Assembly (NCBI GenBank): GCA_018175315.1
Contig: GCA_018175315.1_4769.1
DNA: 60,198 nucleotides
Source of the DNA: a phage
Strand: one strand, 5' to 3'
The notes beneath the pieces were generated by a model that was given only the letters and a program-made list of their open reading frames with translations, did not search any database and was not told where the DNA came from. Numbering within the stretch: position 1 is the stretch's first letter; the number at the start of each line of letters is the position of its first letter. The position numbers and the translations under genes are program-made. Of the stretch, positions 9,192 through 17,246 are shown piece after piece.

Positions 9192-10112
9192 ATGAATGTA
9201 TTCATGGCGGCTGTGTATACTAACGGCTATATGCCTGGCCAGCAGCGTTATGAAAAGCTGTCTGAGCATGAGAAAAATATCACGCGCAATCTGCCCCATA
9301 TTTTGGAATCATACCACTACGTTGGGCGTCAGAAGTATGTTGATCAGATGCGTGCGGACGGGGCTAAAGTGTTTCTCGACTCCGGTGCATTCTCCGCGCA
9401 CTCGTTAGGTGCTCACATTGATATTGTTGAATACTGCGAATACATTAAGCGTAACAAAGACATCCTTCGCGTAGAAGATGGTGCGGTGATGGCATCGGTG
9501 CTCGATGGTATCGGTGATCCGCTACAAACCTACCGTAACCAGCTTGAAATGGAAGCACGCGGTGCTAAACCGTTACCTTGCTTTCACTTTGGGGAGGACT
9601 TCCGCTATCTTGAATACTACATGAAGAACTACGAATATATCACCATTGGGGGTATGGTAGGGCGTTCCACGGACACGCTTAAGACTTGGCTTGACCGCAT
9701 GTGGGACAAATATATTTGCGACGGTAGCGGACGTGCTAAGATTAAACTTCATGCGTTTGGTATTACGTCCACAACCATTATGGAGCGTTATCCGTGGTAT
9801 AGCTGCGACTCATCCTCCTGGATACAAGCGGCAGCGTTTGGAAGTGTGGTTACTCCTCCGTGGGGCCCAATGCGCGTATCCGATAAGTCACCGGACCGCC
9901 ATCATTTTGGTAAGCATGTTTCAACGTTAACTGAAATTGAACAAGACGCTGTCCTTAAATACCTTGAGCAAAACGGTTTCACTTACGAACGTTTATCAAC
10001 AATTTATGAATCACGTGCTGCCTTCAATTTATGGGCTTATGGTGTAATTGCTGCAAACATTAACGCTACCCATGACGGCACATTCCGTGATCGTGTAATG
10101 GAGTTGTTCTGA
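9192..10112 (+). CDS. dpdA: DpdA-like 7-deazaguanine DNA transglycosylase (TGT superfamily)
   Basis: TGT-like motifs (FLDSGAFS, LHAFG, YSCDSSSW); adjacent to the preQ0 biosynthesis genes. Confidence 0.8.
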   Translation: MNVFMAAVYTNGYMPGQQRYEKLSEHEKNITRNLPHILESYHYVGRQKYVDQMRADGAKVFLDSGAFSAHSLGAHIDIVEYCEYIKRNKDILRVEDGAVMASVLDGIGDPLQTYRNQLEMEARGAKPLPCFHFGEDFRYLEYYMKNYEYITIGGMVGRSTDTLKTWLDRMWDKYICDGSGRAKIKLHAFGITSTTIMERYPWYSCDSSSWIQAAAFGSVVTPPWGPMRVSDKSPDRHHFGKHVSTLTEIEQDAVLKYLEQNGFTYERLSTIYESRAAFNLWAYGVIAANINATHDGTFRDRVMELF

Positions 10113-10339
10113 TGGCTAACTTAAGAAGACCAAAAGGTAAACGTAAATATACTCACACAGGCGTAAGAATTAATTATTACGGTGAAAACAGAGTAGTATT
10201 TCTCCACAAGACACCTAAGCAGTGGCAGGATCCGTCAGGTACATGGTTTAATGCACAAGGAAAACAAATGGGACTTTATGGATACCCTCCAACCTGTGAA
10301 TTAGATTTAACCACAATTAGAGCAATCGAGGATCGCTAA
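10112..10339 (+). CDS. hypothetical basic protein
   Basis: 75-aa ORF, ATG overlaps dpdA stop. Confidence 0.45.
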   Translation: MANLRRPKGKRKYTHTGVRINYYGENRVVFLHKTPKQWQDPSGTWFNAQGKQMGLYGYPPTCELDLTTIRAIEDR

Positions 10340-11292
10340 TGTTAGACGCTCTTAAATTTGTTCAAGGCTCCGTCGCTAAAAAGGAACTGGTAGAAGGGCT
10401 TACCAGCTTTCTTATCCGTGATGGACAGGTACAGGGCTTTAACGGTGTTATTGCACTGGGTAGTCCTATTGAGCTGGATATTGATTGCAAGCCCGAAGCT
10501 GGGCCTATGATTAAAGCTATTTCAAACTGTGACGAAACCGTACAGTTAACAATGATGGCTAACGGTAAACTTAATATCAAGTCCGGGCCGTTTCGTGTTG
10601 CTATACGCTGCATTGATAAAGAAACGCCGCACGTATTCCCTGAAGGTGATTTATACGAAATAGACGGTGCTCGCTTCGTACACGGTGTGAAGTCCGTTGC
10701 TCCGTTTGTAGGCTCAGATGCATCCCGCCCGTGGGCTTGCGGTATTCTGATTAATAACGGTAGCCTGTTTGCTACAAATAACGTCACCATTGCGGAATAT
10801 TGGTTTGGTAATCAATTCCCTATTGACTGCATAATACCGTCTGTTGCTATTAAAGAAATACTGCGCATTAAAGCTAACCCGACGCATATTCAGGTTAGCA
10901 AGAATAACGTAACGTTTCATTATCCGGAAGGTCGCTGGTTGCGGACACAGCTTATTGATGCGGAATGGCCCGATATACGTCGTATTTTAAATGTTCAATG
11001 CAATGCACATCCTGTTGATCCAGGTCTTTTTGAAGGCTTGCATAAAATTAAACCGTTCGCAGAAGACCGACCGCGTGTATATATTGAAAACGGTCTAGCC
11101 CGTACTCACTATGATGATGCAGAAGGTGCAAGCTTCGTATTACAGGACCGCACAATAACGGGAGTGTACAATATTGACATCCTGCTATTGCTTGAAAATG
11201 TGGTTAAGACGGCGGACTTTAGTTTATATCCGCAACCTTGCGCATTCTTTGGGGAAAATCTTCGCGGTGTATTAATTGGAGAACGTGTCTAA
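10339..11292 (+). CDS. DNA polymerase sliding clamp (DnaN/beta-clamp-like)
   Basis: QLIDAEWPDIRRIL resembles the beta-clamp KLVDGRFPDYRRVLP motif; N-terminus beta-clamp-like; directly upstream of the polymerase. Confidence 0.55.
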   Translation: MLDALKFVQGSVAKKELVEGLTSFLIRDGQVQGFNGVIALGSPIELDIDCKPEAGPMIKAISNCDETVQLTMMANGKLNIKSGPFRVAIRCIDKETPHVFPEGDLYEIDGARFVHGVKSVAPFVGSDASRPWACGILINNGSLFATNNVTIAEYWFGNQFPIDCIIPSVAIKEILRIKANPTHIQVSKNNVTFHYPEGRWLRTQLIDAEWPDIRRILNVQCNAHPVDPGLFEGLHKIKPFAEDRPRVYIENGLARTHYDDAEGASFVLQDRTITGVYNIDILLLLENVVKTADFSLYPQPCAFFGENLRGVLIGERV

Positions 11293-13277
11293 TGCGGACA
11301 GATGCTATTGGTTTCTTTTGGCAGGACTTACCGCCTGAGCCAAAAGCAAAGAAAGAAAAAGTTAAACGTTTACCGCCGGAGCGCACTTGGGAGCGCCCGG
11401 ATTATCTACCTAACCTTGAGGAAGCGCGGAACTTCCAATACAACCTGTATACGCAGGATGAACTTATTCAAGCATGGATTAACCGCGAACCGCTTGTATA
11501 CGATATCGAATGTTATCCAAACTATTTCTTAATTGCATTTCGCGGAGTACGAACTAAGAAAGTTGTCTACTTCGAGATGTATCACGGTTGTAGTTTGAAT
11601 TGCTTGTTACTTAACTGGGTAATGACAAACTTCCTTATCGTAAGCTTTAACGGTAACGGGTACGATATGCCCATTGCTACGCTTGCGCTTAACGGCTGCT
11701 CTAATGCTCAGCTTAAAGATGCAACCGATAAGATAATCGTGGAAGACTGGCGTCCTTCCGATGTGTTAAAGAGTTACCGTCTTAAGCGTATGCAGAACGT
11801 TAACCACATTGATATTATGGAAGTGTTGCCTGGGTCCGGTGGTTTGAAACAATACGGCGGACGTATGCATACTCGCCGTATGCAGGATTTACCGTTCAAG
11901 CCTAATACAATGTTGACGCAAGACCAGATGCTTATTGTGCGATGGTACTGTATTAACGACCTTGTACAGACGGAAGAATGTTTTATTGCATTACAAGAAC
12001 CTTTGCACCTTCGTGAAATTATGTCGCAAGAATACGGTGTGGACCTGCGTTCGCGCTCCGATGCACAAATTGTAGAAGACGTAATTAAGCACGAAATCCA
12101 AGCGTTAACGGGCGTGCGCCCACAGCGTCCGCAAGTTTATCCTGGAACAAAGTATGCATACAACATACCGGACTTTATTCGTTTTCAAACGCCTTTAATG
12201 AATAGTGTTTTGGATATTGTTCGGGACTGTCGCTTTATTGTTAGCGATAACGGTGGTGTTAGCTTACCACCTGCATTAACAGGTCTTGAGATCAAGATTG
12301 CGGACGGTGTCTACCGTATGGGTATTGGTGGTTTGCATAGCTCCGAAGAGTGTGCTGGCCACGGTAAAGAGCCTGGTATCAAAAAGCGGGACATTGACGT
12401 AACGTCTTATTATCCTTCAATCATTCTTAATCAGGGCTTATATCCAGAACAGTTGGGACCAGCGTTCCTTCGTGTTTATAAGAGTATTGTAGATCGTCGT
12501 ATTGCAGCTAAGCACGCAGGGGACAAGAACACAGCCAACACGCTGAAGATCGTCATTAACGGATCGTTCGGTAAGTTGGGGTCCATGTGGTCTGTACTGT
12601 ACGCTCCGCAATTATTGATACAAGTTACATTAACCGGACAGCTTTCACTGTTGATGCTTATTGAAGCATTTGAGTTAAATGGTGTTAAAGTAATTTCGGC
12701 TAACACGGATGGCATTGTGGTTAAGTATCCAGACCACATGCAGGACTTCGTTGATAATATGATCAAGTGGTGGGAGTCTGTGACAGGTTTTGAAATGGAA
12801 TCCACTTATTATGACAAGCTATACAGTGCAAACGTTAACAACTATGTAGCTGTCAAGGAACCTGATGCAGAAGGTAACATTGAAGTCAAGCGTAAAGGTT
12901 GGTTTGCCAAGACAGGTCTTCAAAAGAACTGTACTGGCGAAATCATTATGGAAGCTGTATGTGAATGTTTGGCCCACGGTACGCCTGTTTCTCGTACTAT
13001 ACGCAATTGCAACGATATTAGAAAATTCATTATCCTACGTGCAGTAAAAGGCGGCGCGGTATGGAATGGCGAATTTTTGGGTAAGGTTGTACGCTGGTAT
13101 TTAAGCACCAATGAAGAAACCCCTGAAATAATCTATGCTAACTCAGGCAACCGTGTAGCTGGTAGCTCGGGTGGTGTCCCGATCATGACGCTACCGGATA
13201 AAGTACCGGACGACATAGATTACGACGCTTATATAGCTAAGGCTGAAAAATATCTCGAAGACATGGGATACGCCTAA
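11292..13277 (+). CDS. DNA polymerase with 3'-5' exonuclease domain (family-B-type motifs)
   Basis: Exo motifs YDIECYP and SFNGNGYDMP; polymerase motifs DVTSYYPSII (A), KIVINGSFGKLG (B), ANTDGI (C). ATG 11292 overlaps upstream stop (TAATG); ORF track begins earlier. Confidence 0.75.
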   Translation: MRTDAIGFFWQDLPPEPKAKKEKVKRLPPERTWERPDYLPNLEEARNFQYNLYTQDELIQAWINREPLVYDIECYPNYFLIAFRGVRTKKVVYFEMYHGCSLNCLLLNWVMTNFLIVSFNGNGYDMPIATLALNGCSNAQLKDATDKIIVEDWRPSDVLKSYRLKRMQNVNHIDIMEVLPGSGGLKQYGGRMHTRRMQDLPFKPNTMLTQDQMLIVRWYCINDLVQTEECFIALQEPLHLREIMSQEYGVDLRSRSDAQIVEDVIKHEIQALTGVRPQRPQVYPGTKYAYNIPDFIRFQTPLMNSVLDIVRDCRFIVSDNGGVSLPPALTGLEIKIADGVYRMGIGGLHSSEECAGHGKEPGIKKRDIDVTSYYPSIILNQGLYPEQLGPAFLRVYKSIVDRRIAAKHAGDKNTANTLKIVINGSFGKLGSMWSVLYAPQLLIQVTLTGQLSLLMLIEAFELNGVKVISANTDGIVVKYPDHMQDFVDNMIKWWESVTGFEMESTYYDKLYSANVNNYVAVKEPDAEGNIEVKRKGWFAKTGLQKNCTGEIIMEAVCECLAHGTPVSRTIRNCNDIRKFIILRAVKGGAVWNGEFLGKVVRWYLSTNEETPEIIYANSGNRVAGSSGGVPIMTLPDKVPDDIDYDAYIAKAEKYLEDMGYA

Positions 13278-13287
13278 ATTCTACTTG

Positions 13288-13312
13288 CAGACCCTTCGCG
13301 GGTCTGTTTTAA
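13288..13312 (+). terminator. rho-independent terminator after polymerase gene
   Basis: Stem CAGACCC / GGGTCTG, loop TTCGC, then TTTTAAT. Confidence 0.6.
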
Positions 13313-13341
13313 TATGTACATACAGTAAGAGGAGATACAAA

Positions 13342-13626
13342 ATGAGTTTAGTAGACGATTACAATAAAGGTAAAATCGACGTGGTGGAGCTTAACCGTCA
13401 GCTTAATAAACAAAATGAAGAACGCAAACAAGGTAAATACCTTACAATGATTGTTGCGCTTATCTTCACTGTTATTGGGGGATGTGTTTACGGCTACATT
13501 AACCACACTGTTGAAGTTGGCAACGAATGTCGCGCTAAATATCCAATTCACGTTGGGGTAACTCCACAGGAAGACATTGATGCGCTTCTGGAACTTCAAG
13601 CCTTATGTCGTAAAGGGAAAGCATAA
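13342..13626 (+). CDS. hypothetical membrane protein
   Basis: GAGGAG RBS before ATG 13342; one hydrophobic segment (LTMIVALIFTVIGGCVYGYI). Confidence 0.45.
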   Translation: MSLVDDYNKGKIDVVELNRQLNKQNEERKQGKYLTMIVALIFTVIGGCVYGYINHTVEVGNECRAKYPIHVGVTPQEDIDALLELQALCRKGKA

Positions 13627-13919
13627 TGAAACGTTTATTACTCGTAACGTTGCTGATAGCGCCTGGTGTCCAAGCTGTGGATTTAAAGGATGCAGCAAAG
13701 AAACTATGCCAAGACCATCCTATTAAGTTACAATGTGAAGAGCTTGTATCCAGCATGTTAACCCATTCTTACGTGATGGGACAAACGCAGCTTGGATGTG
13801 AGTTAGGTATTATTGATGCGTGCAAAGCAGCGCGTACCAATAAACATTTTGAAAAGAACGCACGTTGGCTGGAGCAGCGCATTAGAACCCTTGATCATAG
13901 GGGTACTTTTGGGGGCTAG
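13626..13919 (+). CDS. secreted/periplasmic protein with signal peptide
   Basis: N-terminus MKRLLLVTLLIAPGVQA is signal-peptide-like; Cys-containing mature part. Confidence 0.5.
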   Translation: MKRLLLVTLLIAPGVQAVDLKDAAKKLCQDHPIKLQCEELVSSMLTHSYVMGQTQLGCELGIIDACKAARTNKHFEKNARWLEQRIRTLDHRGTFGG

Positions 13920-13951
13920 CCGCGTGTAAAACCTTAAAGGGGTACATTAGC

Positions 13952-14158
13952 ATGGCTGGTAAAGAAAAGAGCGTAGCAAGCGATTTAGCTGCGGATGTAG
14001 TAAGTCGCGAACCGTGGCAACATGGTGACAAACCAGTAGTTTACATTCACGTCTATTACTGGAATAATATGACAGCGGAGCAACAAGAAGCGTTAAAAGT
14101 TTTAGCTGACGTTATTGTTGTTCCTGATGAACCATCACCAGAAACACCGGAAGCGTAA
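13952..14158 (+). CDS. hypothetical protein
   Basis: 68-aa acidic ORF. Confidence 0.4.
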   Translation: MAGKEKSVASDLAADVVSREPWQHGDKPVVYIHVYYWNNMTAEQQEALKVLADVIVVPDEPSPETPEA

Positions 14159-14164
14159 TAAAGA

Positions 14165-14190
14165 AATACCCGCGTTCGCGCGGGTATTTA
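14165..14190 (+). terminator. stable hairpin with UUCG-type loop, weak U-tract
   Basis: AATACCCGCG-TTCG-CGCGGGTATT followed by TAAGG. Confidence 0.35.
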
Positions 14191-14194
14191 AGGA

Positions 14195-14389
14195 GTGAGC
14201 ATGGCTAAAGCTGCAAAAGGTTATCGACGGACTTTTAAATTGATAGGCGGACCGTGGGACGGACAAAAGGTGCAACTATATAGCGCTGGAACGCTGGAGT
14301 TTTCAGTGAAAAGCTTCGATCCACGTCCAGGGCGCTATGTACCAGCGGGAAATAATTATAATCTGATTTGGGAGTTTACCGATGCATGA
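14195..14389 (+). CDS. hypothetical protein
   Basis: 64-aa ORF with AAGGAG RBS. Confidence 0.45.
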   Translation: MSMAKAAKGYRRTFKLIGGPWDGQKVQLYSAGTLEFSVKSFDPRPGRYVPAGNNYNLIWEFTDA

Positions 14390-14588
14390 ATATGTGGTTA
14401 TGTATTTTGTAATTGGCGCAATTATTGCGGCAATGACTTATTTCTTTTGTTGGAATAACTATGATTATGCGCTAGCCCATAAGAAACGTTGGGAGAAGAT
14501 TGTAAGTCTTCTATGTATACTCGCTTGCTGGCCAGTCACTATTATTGCGACCGCATATGATCAATACATGTACAGGAGACGCAAATGA
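14382..14588 (+). CDS. small membrane protein
   Basis: 68 aa, two hydrophobic segments; overlaps neighbours. Confidence 0.4.
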   Translation: MHEYVVMYFVIGAIIAAMTYFFCWNNYDYALAHKKRWEKIVSLLCILACWPVTIIATAYDQYMYRRRK

Positions 14589-14866
14589 TGGAATATCTAT
14601 TAGTTGTCGTTTCGCTATTTCTGATCATTGTTGTTATAATGACCGGAGATAGTAATGAGAAGGGCTTTACAGCAATGAGCAGGGCGTTATTACGCGCCCT
14701 TGCTGTAGCACTGCTTGGGACCAGCTTTGCTATGGCGTTTGGGATTGTAGACATCCCTAGCACCTATTATGGCTTTGTTAAAGTTCAACACCAACTCACT
14801 TATGCTACCGTCGTCGGATTGGGTGCTGTAACACTTGCAATCATGTCAGCTTTTCATAAGCGTTAA
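14585..14866 (+). CDS. small membrane protein
   Basis: 93 aa, hydrophobic segments; ATGA overlap with upstream gene. Confidence 0.45.
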   Translation: MMEYLLVVVSLFLIIVVIMTGDSNEKGFTAMSRALLRALAVALLGTSFAMAFGIVDIPSTYYGFVKVQHQLTYATVVGLGAVTLAIMSAFHKR

Positions 14867-14897
14867 AGAAAGGGGGCGTTTGCCCCCTTTTCTCTTC
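14867..14897. terminator. bidirectional rho-independent terminator between convergent blocks
   Basis: AAAGGGGGC-GTTT-GCCCCCTTT flanked by T-rich sequence on both strands. Confidence 0.6.
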
Positions 14898-15101
14898 TTA
14901 GAATATACGAAAGAAAGCACCGTATGGGTATACGCCAAAAGTATTGAAAACAGGCGGTGCAAAAGCATTCACAAACACAGGAGTTGGCGCTACTGGTTGA
15001 AAAGTTTTGCAATTACACGCTGCTTGAGCCAATTGCCCCTGAAGTATACCTGCTTGTGTTGCAGGACTGCCTAGACAGCAACGGTTAGTATTACCACACA
15101 T
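14898..15101 (-). CDS. small Cys-rich protein of unknown function
   Basis: AGGAGG RBS 6 nt before ATG; 67 aa, MCGNTNRCC N-terminus, aromatic/Pro-rich C-terminus. Confidence 0.5.
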   Translation of the reverse strand: MCGNTNRCCLGSPATQAGILQGQLAQAACNCKTFQPVAPTPVFVNAFAPPVFNTFGVYPYGAFFRIF

Positions 15102-15112
15102 AGTAGACCTCC

Positions 15113-15397
15113 TTAAAGGTCGCTTTCGTTATCCTGCTTGGAACTGGGTTTTTCAGCTTCAATCATCCCAAGTACCGCAATAACTTTAACAGCAATACGC
15201 TGAGCTAGACTGATTTGCTGCTGGGTTAATTTTCCGGTCGAAACCACAGTCATTAACCCGCTTAAGTTTCCAAGAGACTTAAAATCGCTGAATGCAGATT
15301 TCATAATTGTAAGTTGATCATGACCTTCGTCTGCTATAACATGAGCACGAATAGAAAGTCCTTCAACGACTTTATCAATACCTTCATTCTTCGTCAT
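15113..15397 (-). CDS. hypothetical protein
   Basis: 94-aa ORF in the accessory module. Confidence 0.5.
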   Translation of the reverse strand: MTKNEGIDKVVEGLSIRAHVIADEGHDQLTIMKSAFSDFKSLGNLSGLMTVVSTGKLTQQQISLAQRIAVKVIAVLGMIEAEKPSSKQDNESDL

Positions 15398-15914
15398 TTG
15401 GTTTCACCTTCTGCTCCGGTTTCTGAGGGACCGTTTGAGCGGTCTTTGGTTGCAGCACTTCCTGATCAATCATGGGTGGCCACGGGCTAATATGCTCGCG
15501 TGCTTCTACAGGCTGCTCCGGTTGCATACCAAGAAACTTACTAATAAAATCCCCTGCGAAGTCTGTACCATCGCTGACGTAAACATGCATACGATCAAGA
15601 TCTGATTGACTAATGGAGTTTGGAGCAATTGTAATCTTGAACTGGTGGAAGCCGACATACATCACATTCACGGGTCGTTCGATAGTGCCCGGCGTAGGAG
15701 GTATCACTCCCATAATCCAACAGTAATGAACCCTTCCATCACCCATAGGTTCACATCCAGCATTAAGCCAGCTCACCTTCTGGTGTGGGAACATGGTAGT
15801 TGAATCGGTAGCGTCCCGACGTAACGTCCAATCAACACCGCCCATGTTGATGGAGTTTTTCGGTTTCATCCCGTTGAACTGGGTTACGCCCATTCCTGCG
15901 TTTACGTTTTGCAT
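15384..15914 (-). CDS. hypothetical protein
   Basis: 176-aa ORF, no recognisable motif. Confidence 0.5.
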   Translation of the reverse strand: MQNVNAGMGVTQFNGMKPKNSINMGGVDWTLRRDATDSTTMFPHQKVSWLNAGCEPMGDGRVHYCWIMGVIPPTPGTIERPVNVMYVGFHQFKITIAPNSISQSDLDRMHVYVSDGTDFAGDFISKFLGMQPEQPVEAREHISPWPPMIDQEVLQPKTAQTVPQKPEQKVKPNDEE

Positions 15915-15929
15915 GTCGGCTTCCTATTC

Positions 15930-16298
15930 TTACATATCTTTCATTTTTTGAAGAGCGCAAGTACAAGCTGCGGCAAGATCAGTCAACTCTTTCATGATCC
16001 CTGCGCGGTCGCCTTCTTTCTTACACTCCATTAATTCGCGGTATTCCATTTCAACGATGGACATCATACCGCCGGGCTTGTCGTGGTACGCCGCCCACGT
16101 ATGCGGAGGTTCTTCCATCCGGTCAAGAACATTTGACATAGCTGCCATATGTTCATGATCTCGAGCATAAGAGTGAGCATGTTTATATTCCTCTTTCTCA
16201 TGTTCATGGTGGTGCTCACCTACGCTAATGCGAGGTAAAGCAACCTTAGGCAATTTGACCCGTGGCATTCCCATCGTTGCAATTTTAATGTGACTCAT
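15930..16298 (-). CDS. His-rich protein of unknown function
   Basis: AGAGGT RBS; His/Glu cluster VGEHHHEHEKEEYKHAHSYARDHEH. Confidence 0.5.
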   Translation of the reverse strand: MSHIKIATMGMPRVKLPKVALPRISVGEHHHEHEKEEYKHAHSYARDHEHMAAMSNVLDRMEEPPHTWAAYHDKPGGMMSIVEMEYRELMECKKEGDRAGIMKELTDLAAACTCALQKMKDM

Positions 16299-16369
16299 GA
16301 TAGTACCTCTGTTAAAAGCGCCCCAAGCGGAGGAGCGAAAGGCGCTTTAGTTTAACCACACTTCAACGA

Positions 16370-17077
16370 TTAGCAGCAGCCCGTCGGAGGAGTCGGAGGA
16401 GTTGGCAGTTTAAAGTTAACTAACTGCTCAACCTGATTGATCTTACAGGTAAGACCAGCCGTCTGCGCCAACTGAGAGTTTGCAAAGCGAGCTTCCTGCA
16501 ACTGGGACTTCAGGTCACAGATCAGAACTGCTTGCGCCTGTGCGTGCTGGTCACGGATCAGCGCACGGGTAGCTTCAGCTTGACGCTCGATGTTCAGGTT
16601 GGTTTCGCAGCAACACTTCTGAGCTTCTAACTGAGCCTGGAAGGAGCGGGTAATGTTAGCTGCTTCGTTGTTACACAGAGCCGCGAGCACTTGGCTTGTG
16701 CCGCTCTGGATCTGCGTGTTCAGACCAGCAAAACCCTGAACGGAAGCCAGCATGTTTTGAGTGTTCTGCTGAGTAATACCGTTATAAGTAGAAGCAGCGG
16801 AGCGCTCAACAGTCAGGTTAGTACCGTTCTGCCCCTGAATGGTCTGAAGAGTACCGTTGTTGATAGCTTGCAGAATTGCGTTGGTGTCAACAGAAGCCTG
16901 CACTTCCACCGGACCAGCGAAGTTACCGCGACCACCCCAACCACCATTGCCGCCCCAACCATTACCGATCCAGGAACCAATTAAGCCACCGATCGCGCCG
17001 CCGATACCAGCCGCACCAGCTTCACCACCGAAACCGTCGCCACCAAGATTAGTAGGTAAAAGAGTCATGTCAGACAT
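16370..17077 (-). CDS. Gly-rich protein (Gly-rich N-terminus, Q/N/T-rich middle, Cys-rich C-terminus)
   Basis: GGAG RBS before ATG at 17077 (ORF track begins at an upstream alternative start 17206); GGDGFGGEAGAAGIGGAIGG...GNGWGGNGGWGG; ends PTPPTPPTGCC. Confidence 0.55.
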   Translation of the reverse strand: MSDMTLLPTNLGGDGFGGEAGAAGIGGAIGGLIGSWIGNGWGGNGGWGGRGNFAGPVEVQASVDTNAILQAINNGTLQTIQGQNGTNLTVERSAASTYNGITQQNTQNMLASVQGFAGLNTQIQSGTSQVLAALCNNEAANITRSFQAQLEAQKCCCETNLNIERQAEATRALIRDQHAQAQAVLICDLKSQLQEARFANSQLAQTAGLTCKINQVEQLVNFKLPTPPTPPTGCC

Positions 17078-17206
17078 AGGAAAATCTCCATATATGGATT
17101 TGTTAAGCGGATGTAACCAACTGGTTACGAAGTAAAGCATACCCCTTAACATGCTTTTTACAATGATCCAAATGTAAAGATTTTGTAAATTGGGATTGAC
17201 AGTCAA

Positions 17207-17235
17207 TAAAAAGCGCGCCCGAAGACGCGCTTGAA
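17207..17235 (-). terminator. rho-independent terminator downstream of tail-fibre gene
   Basis: Minus strand stem AAGCGCG / CGCGCTT followed by TTTTT; adjacent perfect palindrome ATTGACAGTCAAT at 17195-17207. Confidence 0.5.
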
Positions 17236-17246
17236 GTTAGATGTGG

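Noticed and set aside
17195-17207. Palindrome ATTGACAGTCAAT as the -35 element of a promoter for the accessory module
   Set aside because: No acceptable -10 hexamer at 16-18 bp spacing on the minus strand (best is AAATCT); kept only as a possible operator or part of the terminator region.
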